Translations under genes and position numbers: made by a program
Shown here: positions 7,892 through 14,044 of the stretch, in pieces
Position numbering within the stretch: position 1 is the stretch's first letter
Layout of the letters: each line of letters starts with the position of its first letter
Assembly: GCF_030813165.1 (NCBI RefSeq)
Contig: NZ_JAUSTZ010000008.1
Span: 182,655-206,654 of the forward strand
Direction: 5' to 3'
DNA: 24,000 bases
Source of the DNA: Metabacillus niabensis
GTDB lineage: Bacteria; Bacillota; Bacilli; Bacillales; Bacillaceae
Notes under the pieces: generated by a model
Database searches by the model: none
The model's input: the letters and a program-made list of their open reading frames with translations, nothing else
Told to the model about the DNA's origin: nothing

Positions 7892-9685
7892 CTACCCTCC
7901 AAATACTCTTGTAATCTTACCATCCTTCACTAGAATTAATTCTTCAAGTCTTTTTAAATCTCCATTCGGGGTTGCTTTTCTTAAAATTGTTTCGGTAACC
8001 TCAGCAACTTTCTCATCTGGAAAATTGTCTAGGCATAAAACGATTCGTCCAGTTTGTTTTTTGGTTTTACCGGCTATTTCTTTTATTATACTTTGTACCT
8101 TTCCATCTGGTTTTGGTGAATAACAATCAAATACGTTCCCTTCAATTAGAAAATCTGGATTTGATCCATCTTGTTTTCCATATCCATTTCCACCATCAAT
8201 TTCATCCAGCATCTCAATGTCATAGCCCGCATCAGCCAAGAGATCAGCAGTTTCATTTTGCTTCTTTATTCCATGGGAATCTCCTTCTCCATAATTCCCT
8301 TTGGGTTTACCTCCACTAGGTAAAGAAGGTTCAGTGAGATTAGTTCCACCTTGAACTGTATCCTTATTAACTTTTCCCCCATCATTCTCTTTACTAAACA
8401 ACATTTTCAATGGGGCAACTATGTCATCCTGAATAGTCTTATTATCCAAGACATTCCAAGGTACTTTCATATCAGAAGGTACACCTACAGTAGCCAGTCT
8501 ATCTTCTATATTATTAGTTCTAAACACCCCATTAAAAAAGATAATCGCACCATTTCTTACACCACTTACAAATTCGATAGCACCATTCTTAATCCCTTCA
8601 AACGCCTTGTTATTATTTACAAGGTCCTTCACTTTGGCTTGAATTCCATCTGATACCGGCTTTGTCTTCGGTCCGTTCCCATTATCAACAGCCTTCAACC
8701 ACTTGGCCTTCCCAAGTACACCAACATACGGAATAAACGAAGTTGACACATTACCAGCAATGTACATAATGCCTTCTTCTTCCGCTGTATCGGTAACACC
8801 TTGGCCGAGTGATTCCAATATGCTGAATGGGTCTTCAACCGCATTTACGACCATTTCGCTGTATTTATCCTTAATTTCGTTCGCTTTGTCCTTGAGAATG
8901 TCTGGCTCAACGAAGTCTGGGATTTGATTGGAGACAGCGACGATTCCGGCCTCGACAATAATTGTAACAAGTCCAACGACAATATCAATGATACCATCAA
9001 CTAAGCCTTCGACGAAGCTTGATACCGCATTCCCGATTCCGCTTAGGACATCTACTACTCCTTCAAAGAAGTCTGTGTATTTGTCTTTAACATCTGCGGC
9101 TTTGTTATTGTAGGCATCATCGGTGTTTTCAAATGGGACAATTTTGTTATCATATAGATTCCATAAGGCGTCCACTTTTCCTTCTAGGATACTTTTTGAT
9201 GCTTTAATCTCGCCACGAATATACTCAAGCTTTTCCTTATTTGCCCGACTTCTTTCCTTTTCTTCATCCGTTGGGTCTTCCCAAAAGGCAAAGGAAAACG
9301 GGGTATTATAGGTGATATTAATCGCCTTTGGGACATTATTTGTAACCCCAGATTCTACTTGGCACAAGTTGGCCCAAATATCATTGCGATCGACTCGCAT
9401 CATTGAATTTCGGGCAAGTGGTGTTATATAAGCGGTTGTGTCGTCTACATAGCCTTCAAATAACGATAGAAGGTCACCGATTTGGCCTTGATAATCCTTT
9501 ATATGCTTCTTTGAATCTTTGACAACATCATCCCAAGCGTCGATGCTGTCAGCGTAGTTGTTCCGGATAAAGCTTACTAGAGTTTCTAATGAAGAGTGCA
9601 TCGTATCGAGGGCATTTTTATATGTGTGGAGCTGTTCAATAATCCCGTCCAATATTCCGTAATTGATTTTTAAATCACGTTTCAT
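7892..9685 (-). CDS. Polymorphic toxin, T7SSb (LXG-class-like) effector, 597 aa, with a C-terminal CdiA-CT tRNase-like / PD-(D/E)xK-like nuclease domain
   Basis: N-terminal roughly 200 aa look all-helical. Hydrophobic Gly/Val/Ile-rich segment at aa 206-252. PT-TG-like motif SFIPYVGVLGKAKWLKA (aa 316-332; compare the YwqJ region GFIPVVGWAGRAFKGGKA from memory). C-terminus: QNETADLLADAGYDIEMLDE...GSNPDFLIEGNVFDCYSP...QTGRIVLCLDN. This resembles the E...PD...D.Y/K pattern of Burkholderia-type CdiA-CT tRNase toxins as I recall them. Genomic context also fits: DUF4176 gene, small helical partners, downstream immunity. Confidence 0.8.
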   Translation of the reverse strand: MKRDLKINYGILDGIIEQLHTYKNALDTMHSSLETLVSFIRNNYADSIDAWDDVVKDSKKHIKDYQGQIGDLLSLFEGYVDDTTAYITPLARNSMMRVDRNDIWANLCQVESGVTNNVPKAINITYNTPFSFAFWEDPTDEEKERSRANKEKLEYIRGEIKASKSILEGKVDALWNLYDNKIVPFENTDDAYNNKAADVKDKYTDFFEGVVDVLSGIGNAVSSFVEGLVDGIIDIVVGLVTIIVEAGIVAVSNQIPDFVEPDILKDKANEIKDKYSEMVVNAVEDPFSILESLGQGVTDTAEEEGIMYIAGNVSTSFIPYVGVLGKAKWLKAVDNGNGPKTKPVSDGIQAKVKDLVNNNKAFEGIKNGAIEFVSGVRNGAIIFFNGVFRTNNIEDRLATVGVPSDMKVPWNVLDNKTIQDDIVAPLKMLFSKENDGGKVNKDTVQGGTNLTEPSLPSGGKPKGNYGEGDSHGIKKQNETADLLADAGYDIEMLDEIDGGNGYGKQDGSNPDFLIEGNVFDCYSPKPDGKVQSIIKEIAGKTKKQTGRIVLCLDNFPDEKVAEVTETILRKATPNGDLKRLEELILVKDGKITRVFGG

Positions 9686-9990
9686 GATGTACCACTCTTT
9701 ATCTTCTGACCTATTTGTTCATCGGCACTTTGCATTTCTTCAATTATCTTTTCTCCGACCTTTTTAATCGACTCCAAATTTTCTAAGAGACTTGTATTAA
9801 TGTCATCGTTCATGTTGTCCAATACACCGTCTAGCTTATCGATGAAGTCGGAGTTAAAGCTCTTTAACTGGTCTCTTGTACTATCTCGGAAGGTTGTTGT
9901 GTAGCTTTTAAAGTCATCAATGCCGCTTTGTAGTGAGTTCAATGCAGCCTGGAGCTCGTTGATATCCAGTTTAATATCTGGTTTCGCCAA
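9682..9990 (-). CDS. Small helical T7SS toxin partner (Lap1 / TIGR04197 / DUF3130-like), about 102 aa
   Basis: The stop overlaps the toxin ATG (ATGA at 9682-9685). Track ORF 9682-10044 starts at a TTG with no RBS. The in-frame TTG at 9990 follows AAGGAAAGGA. Sequence DIKLDINELQAALNSLQSGIDDFKS... is coiled-coil-like. Confidence 0.65.
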   Translation of the reverse strand: MAKPDIKLDINELQAALNSLQSGIDDFKSYTTTFRDSTRDQLKSFNSDFIDKLDGVLDNMNDDINTSLLENLESIKKVGEKIIEEMQSADEQIGQKIKSGTS

Positions 9991-10133
9991 ATACTTGCAC
10001 GTCCTTTCCTTAATATTGGAAGGCAGTAGGCCACTCCACCTCAAACAGATGTGAATCGTAAAAAGTAAAGTAGGAGATAACTGCCTAAGGTTTTGATCTA
10101 CAAATGAGATACTTATATTATAGAAGCTTCAAT

Positions 10134-10358
10134 TTATCTAAAATTGACTGACTTAATTGTAGAAATTAACTGGTCAAGTTCCGCGATCATTTCATCAATA
10201 ATTTGACGCATTTCCTCCTGGACAGAGGCGTTTTCGAGATCCATGTCCTCGAAGTTTTGTTTAATTTCTCTCTTTGCGTCCTCAAGGTTATTGATGATGC
10301 CGGAATCCCAGCCACCGTATAGAAGATCGTGACAAAAATCATAGGTATATAAAGCCAT
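10134..10358 (-). CDS. Small helical protein, 74 aa; probable second toxin partner (Lap2-like)
   Basis: Its start overlaps the stop of the upstream gene (TAATG at 10356-10360). Acidic and helical. The size and position match LXG-associated helical proteins. Confidence 0.6.
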   Translation of the reverse strand: MALYTYDFCHDLLYGGWDSGIINNLEDAKREIKQNFEDMDLENASVQEEMRQIIDEMIAELDQLISTIKSVNFR

Positions 10359-11065
10359 TATCGCTCACCTGCATTTTGCTTTAATTCGATTTCCTTTTGG
10401 AGCTTCCGCATATCTTGTACAGAGAATTCAATAGATTTTAAGTTTTTATCAATAATTAACTCTTTTTTCATGATGATTTCCAGTGCTTCCTCAGCCTCAT
10501 CCTTATAGCCATGGTGAATGACATTTTTTATGAGAGGTGTGGTGAAGTGGATTTGTGCATCCTTTCTCATTTCACCGAATGGGTAGAGGACACCACAGTA
10601 AGGGAAGTAGGTCTTATAGCCCTTTGGCGCAATAAATCTACCTGTTATGACAACTTTCGCGGGAACACCATGCTCCTGACTCGGTTTAAAGTAATTCTCA
10701 TCAAGCTCTACAACAGTGCCTAACGGTAAAACCTCCCGTACGATTTCAATACAGCTCGTAAGGAAGTAAACATACGTTTCGTCATTTAAGGTAAAAGATT
10801 TTTCTAAGTATGTTAACGTATGAAGGTTATGTTCACGATGATAGTAAATATCAATTTCCTGACTATATAGCTCAAGTGATGTCATCTGTTCTTTATAGGC
10901 AGCATATAAATGTTGAAAGATTGGTTCATCTAAGGCAAATCGTTCGCAAAAGTCCTTTATGACAAGGCCGCATTCGATTTGTTTTTCCTTATCTAACGTC
11001 TTAATAATCTGGTTAACCTTTTCCAGGACTAAGTCCTTTAGTTGTTGCTTAAACTTATTTTGCAT
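10358..11065 (-). CDS. DUF4176-domain protein with a long N-terminal extension, 235 aa (T7SS LXG-complex chaperone class)
   Basis: The core LPLGTVVELDENYF...VVITGRFIAPKGYKTYFPYCGVLYPFGEMRKDAQIHFTTPLIKNVIHHGYKDEAEEA fits the DUF4176 pattern as I remember it (LPlGSvV.L...l.I.gR....yfDY.gv.YPeG......f.f....I..v.f.GY.deee). It is the first gene of the toxin operon. Confidence 0.7.
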   Translation of the reverse strand: MQNKFKQQLKDLVLEKVNQIIKTLDKEKQIECGLVIKDFCERFALDEPIFQHLYAAYKEQMTSLELYSQEIDIYYHREHNLHTLTYLEKSFTLNDETYVYFLTSCIEIVREVLPLGTVVELDENYFKPSQEHGVPAKVVITGRFIAPKGYKTYFPYCGVLYPFGEMRKDAQIHFTTPLIKNVIHHGYKDEAEEALEIIMKKELIIDKNLKSIEFSVQDMRKLQKEIELKQNAGER

Positions 11066-11333
11066 AAATTCACACTCTCCCTTTTCATGTCAACTGCCAT
11101 GAATATGGTATAGGTAAATGTTACTTCCATTATTATGCAAGCTCAATCACTCTATTTACCTATTTTAGGAAGGTAGGTCGTTTTCACTAGATAGAGATTT
11201 TTTATTTTTCCAAAAGTAAATATCTATTTCATAAAGGACATGCAAAAGATTTAGCCAATACTATATAAGTGAGAAAGAAAATTGTCGAAAATGAATATTT
11301 ACATAATGATAGAAAGTGAAGGAGGGAAATCAA

Positions 11334-11621
11334 ATGGAAATGCAGGATTATCTTTCAAGGGAGATTAAGCAAATTAAAAATGAGCGCGGAGATGAAATTG
11401 AGGTTGAGGTTCGAAGGTATGAAAAGCATTACCACGCGATTGCTACGATTTGTGAGGACAAGCCACCTTTTAAAGACTACTTCGCTGAAGCAACCGATAG
11501 AAAAAGGATGAATGCCCTGCGTAAAACATTAAAAGATTTATATGAACAAGCATATAGCTATCCAACGATGCAATTTATTTTATATCCGCGAAAAAACGAC
11601 GATACACAGGGAGAAGGGTAA
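11334..11621 (+). CDS. Hypothetical protein, 95 aa
   Basis: ORF 11316-11621. ATG 11334 is preceded by GAAGGAGGG with 7-nt spacer. A terminator follows. No motif recognised. Confidence 0.55.
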   Translation: MEMQDYLSREIKQIKNERGDEIEVEVRRYEKHYHAIATICEDKPPFKDYFAEATDRKRMNALRKTLKDLYEQAYSYPTMQFILYPRKNDDTQGEG

Positions 11622-11638
11622 AAAGCCTTTCTCTTTTT
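11611..11638 (+). terminator. Rho-independent terminator overlapping the stop codon
   Basis: GAGAAGGG (11611-11618) pairs with CCTTTCTC (11626-11633), including one G-U pair. Loop TAAAAAG, followed by TTTTT (11634-11638). Confidence 0.55.
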
Positions 11639-11796
11639 AACGTTTGTATGGCAAACGTATATTGCCTCAAAAGCTCCGACTGCTTATCGATTGAATCCCG
11701 GTTTAATTATGTATTTTGCATTTCCGATGCTTTGACTATTCACTTTGAACACTATCTTCTTTCATTACAATTGCTAAAAATGCATGGAGACTTTTA

Positions 11797-12603
11797 TCAT
11801 TCCCCCTCATTCAAAAAGTTATAAAATAAGTGTTTTGTTTCTTTGCGCTTTTCGACAACAAGGCTTGCATAGAGAATTGTGTAAAAATACCCAGCAAATG
11901 TTGAGCGGATTTTCCCAAGCTTTTTCGCAAAGACCGTTTGTTTAAAAGCATCTATCACCTTATCAATGACGTCCTCAAGATTCTTTTGCAGCTGCATTTT
12001 GCTATAGACAATTAATACTCGTTGCCAAAGGCGATAAATTTCTATTGCAGGAAAGAACGGTTTTGCTGCTTCGACAAATTTAGGTGATACAGATTCTGGT
12101 AAGTAGCTTGAATCTAGCTGTTCTAATGACGGCTCTACTTGCTCTATTACGTTATTAGGTTTTAGATCTTTCTCACAGAGTGAGTCTTGCTTATTCTCTG
12201 TTTTATTAGGAGTGTCAGCTGGAGTGACAGCATGCGGTGACACATCATTTTTTAGAGAATCAAAAGATGCAAAGGGCTGAATGACAAGGATATTCACACC
12301 TTGCTTGCCGTTCATTCTCGCGGTTGGAATTTTTTTCATGAGTCCTTTCTCAACAAATTTCTTCACAGCACGCATTGCAGTTCGGCGACTTACATTCGCC
12401 TGCTCAGCGATATACTCATATTTTGCAAAGGAAACACCAATGACTTTAACGGAATGTCGCCAAATTTGCTGAAGCACCTTCAGATCCCCTTCTGATAATT
12501 CCCCTTTATGCTTATATAGAAATCCACGTACAGCCTTGTCCATTTCTTCAGTGCTTTCGAAAGATTGATAGTTTTGGATTGTTTCATAAGTAAGTTTTTC
12601 CAT
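11797..12603 (-). CDS. Winged-HTH DNA-binding protein, 268 aa; Rep-like or plasmid/phage-type regulator
   Basis: HTH-like segment YIAEQANVSRRTAMRAVKKFVEKGLMKKIP. The N-terminal 110 aa are paralogous to 12810-13187. AAGGAG RBS. Assignment as a replication initiator is only a hypothesis. Confidence 0.6.
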   Translation of the reverse strand: MEKLTYETIQNYQSFESTEEMDKAVRGFLYKHKGELSEGDLKVLQQIWRHSVKVIGVSFAKYEYIAEQANVSRRTAMRAVKKFVEKGLMKKIPTARMNGKQGVNILVIQPFASFDSLKNDVSPHAVTPADTPNKTENKQDSLCEKDLKPNNVIEQVEPSLEQLDSSYLPESVSPKFVEAAKPFFPAIEIYRLWQRVLIVYSKMQLQKNLEDVIDKVIDAFKQTVFAKKLGKIRSTFAGYFYTILYASLVVEKRKETKHLFYNFLNEGE

Positions 12604-12666
12604 ACCCTTTAGCTCCTTTTTTGAAATTGCAGTAGCTTGTCCTTCACTTGAAAAGCTTCTATCAAC

Positions 12667-12700
12667 CTATATATAGGGAGTTAAGGAGCGGAGAGTAGCG
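12667..12700 (-). promoter_or_regulatory. Shared promoter/operator motif, copy A (upstream of 11797-12603)
   Basis: Minus-strand reading: CGCTACT-N18-TATATATAG. An extra GCTACT half-site lies at 12631-12636. Confidence 0.45.
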
Positions 12701-12721
12701 TCGTTTTTAAAATTTTTTTAT

Positions 12722-12772
12722 AAAAAAATAAAGCTGTCTCAAAGAATTCATTAGCCCCTTTTGAGACAGCTT
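12722..12772 (-). terminator. Rho-independent terminator after the 125-aa wHTH gene
   Basis: 13-bp perfect stem AAGCTGTCTCAAA (12731-12743) with TTTGAGACAGCTT (12760-12772). On the minus strand it is followed by TATTTTTTTA (12721-12730). Confidence 0.8.
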
Positions 12773-12809
12773 CAAATGTTTGAATGTGTTATTTTGTTAG
12801 GAATTGTTT

Positions 12810-13187
12810 CTAGTCTACTTCTTTATTGATTGGTGTTTTTTTTTCGGAAGATTGGAAGGGCTGGATGACTAAAATATTTGTAGCTCGCTTTCCGTTTGCT
12901 CTTACTGTCGGAATCTTTTTAATGATGCCCCTTTGCTGCAGTATTTTAACCGCACGGATAACTGTTCTCACACTTACCTTTGCCTGTTCAGCAATGTAAT
13001 CGTTGCTGGCAAATGAAACACCGATAACCTTTCGTGAGTGCTCCACAATGCATTGCAAAACAGCCCTTGTTCCAGAGGACAATTTTGCTTCATGTCTCGA
13101 CAAAAACCTGTGAACTGTTTCATCCAACTCCTCGACTGTTTGGAAGGATTGATGCTTGTTAATTGTTTTGAGATTTAGTTTTTCCAT
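12810..13187 (-). CDS. Winged-HTH DNA-binding protein, 125 aa; short paralog of 11797-12603
   Basis: MEKLNLKTINKHQSFQTVEELDETVHRFLSRHEAKLSSGTRAVLQCIVEHSRKVIGVSFASNDYIAEQAKVSVRTVIRAVKILQQRGIIKKIPTVRANGKRATNILVIQPF aligns end to end with the N-terminus of the 268-aa protein. Confidence 0.7.
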   Translation of the reverse strand: MEKLNLKTINKHQSFQTVEELDETVHRFLSRHEAKLSSGTRAVLQCIVEHSRKVIGVSFASNDYIAEQAKVSVRTVIRAVKILQQRGIIKKIPTVRANGKRATNILVIQPFQSSEKKTPINKEVD

Positions 13188-13222
13188 GTTTACTAGCTCC
13201 TTTTTTTAAAATAGTCTTCATT

Positions 13223-13256
13223 TCATAAATAGGGAGTTTCGAGGGGAGCAGTAGCG
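13223..13256 (-). promoter_or_regulatory. Shared promoter/operator motif, copy B (upstream of 12810-13187)
   Basis: Minus-strand reading: CGCTACT-N18-TATTTATGA. The flanking AACTCCCTAT block is also shared with copy A. Confidence 0.45.
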
Positions 13257-13298
13257 TTAAAATGAAGAGAAATTTTTTAAAATCTTTTTTTATTTTCC

Positions 13299-13330
13299 CG
13301 CTACTCCTAGTTCACTTTCTCTATATATAG
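13299..13330 (+). promoter_or_regulatory. Shared promoter/operator motif, copy C (upstream of the DUF1659 gene)
   Basis: Plus-strand reading: CGCTACT-N16-TATATATAG, ending 22 nt before ATG 13353. With copy B it forms a divergent inverted pair. Confidence 0.45.
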
Positions 13331-13352
13331 AAGGTGAAGGAGGTGAGAGAGA

Positions 13353-13571
13353 ATGGCAATTGAAACTTTATTAGAAACTCAGTTAAGCCTTGTCTTCGAT
13401 ATGGGAGTGGATGAGAACGGAAAGGCGAAAACAAAGCGCAAAAGCTACAGCAATGTGAAAACAAGTGCAACTCCAGACCAATTACTGCAAGCTGCACAAG
13501 CGATTGCAAGCTTACAATCAGCACCACTTCTATATGTGGAACGCAATGATTCAAATCAAATCAATGCGTAA
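13353..13571 (+). CDS. DUF1659 family small protein, 72 aa
   Basis: GAAGGAGGTGA RBS. LSLVFDMGVDENGKAKTKRKSYSNVKTSATPDQLLQAAQAIASLQ fits the DUF1659 pattern. It is followed by its usual DUF2922 and YvrJ partners. Confidence 0.75.
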   Translation: MAIETLLETQLSLVFDMGVDENGKAKTKRKSYSNVKTSATPDQLLQAAQAIASLQSAPLLYVERNDSNQINA

Positions 13572-13612
13572 TGGAAATGAAGAAATTCAAATAAGGAAAG
13601 GAGGGAACATCA

Positions 13613-13831
13613 ATGGCAAAAACTCTTGAACTTCAATTTTTAAACACAGCTGGAAAAACAGTCAAAATCAGCATTGACTCCCCAGCTGAACCCGTTGACC
13701 AAGCAGCCTTAAACACCGCAATGGACGAAATTCTCGCCTCAAACGTCTTCGTTTCAAAAGACGGCGACTACGTAACAAAAAAAGGCGCAAGAATTGTTGA
13801 ACGCAACGTAACAGATATCGCGTTAATGTAA
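13613..13831 (+). CDS. DUF2922 family small protein, 72 aa
   Basis: AAGGAGGGA RBS. TLELQFLNTAGKTVKISIDSPAEPVDQAALNTAMDEILASNVFVSKDGDYVTKKGARIVERNVTDI fits the DUF2922 pattern. Confidence 0.75.
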   Translation: MAKTLELQFLNTAGKTVKISIDSPAEPVDQAALNTAMDEILASNVFVSKDGDYVTKKGARIVERNVTDIALM

Positions 13832-13837
13832 TGCGGT

Positions 13838-14011
13838 CAATTTAATGGGGACACAATTTAATGGGGACAGTCCCCATTTTGCGGCAATTTTCAGCTGTTG
13901 TGGGGATGGAGCCTTGGTATGAGTAGGTTTGTTTGAGGTGGGGACAGTCCCCCATGCCTTTTTGTGGTGGTGGGGACAGTCCCCAACGGTTAACGTTGGG
14001 GGACTGTCCCC
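13838..14011. repeat. Array of GGGGAC(A/T)GTCCCC palindromes plus a 16-bp tandem direct repeat
   Basis: CAATTTAATGGGGACA occurs twice in tandem (13838-13853 and 13854-13869). Full palindromes lie at 13863-13875, 13940-13952 and 13972-13984, with an inverted variant GGGGACTGTCCCC at 13999-14011. A half copy is at 13847-13853 and a degenerate copy near 13902. The stretch 13972-14011 is one extended near-perfect palindrome centred on GTTAAC. Confidence 0.9.
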
Positions 14012-14044
14012 TCTCCCTCAAAAACAATGAAAAGAGGTGAAAAC

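Noticed and set aside
7860-9311. Series of plus-strand ORFs (7860-8123, 8113-8319, 8351-8653, 8703-8927, 8928-9113, 9123-9311)
   Set aside because: All lie antisense within the 597-aa toxin gene. They are low-complexity (Ser/Thr/Pro/Phe-rich), lack RBSs, and are fragmented across frames.
9991-10044. TTG start at 10044 for the small helical gene
   Set aside because: No Shine-Dalgarno sequence lies upstream. The extra residues (MRWSGLLPSNIKERTCKY) overlap the AAGGAAAGGA RBS that serves the in-frame TTG at 9990.
11640-11658. Hairpin ACGTTTG-tatgg-CAAACGT as a terminator for the 268-aa wHTH gene
   Set aside because: It is a short 7-bp stem with no flanking U-run in either orientation. The adjacent plus-strand terminator at 11611-11638 is the better-supported feature.
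13321-13554. 77-aa minus-strand ORF
   Set aside because: It is entirely antisense to the DUF1659 gene, which has a strong RBS and family-like sequence. The ORF is Cys/Leu/Ser-rich and low in complexity.
13863-13900. Possible second (left) Tn3-family IR: GGGGACAGTCCCCATTTTGCGGCAATTTTCAGCTGTTG versus the IR at 17860-17897
   Set aside because: It shares GGGG..ACAG, CATTT, CGG and AATTTT only after several gaps (about 24 of 38). It lacks the inner CGCTAAG. The GGGGAC motif is explained instead by the local palindrome family. This is probably chance resemblance, though a proper alignment would settle it.
13838-14011. Possible CRISPR array
   Set aside because: The repeats are only 13-16 bp, self-palindromic and irregularly spaced (16, 77, 32 and 27 bp). 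There are no spacer-sized unique segments and no cas genes.
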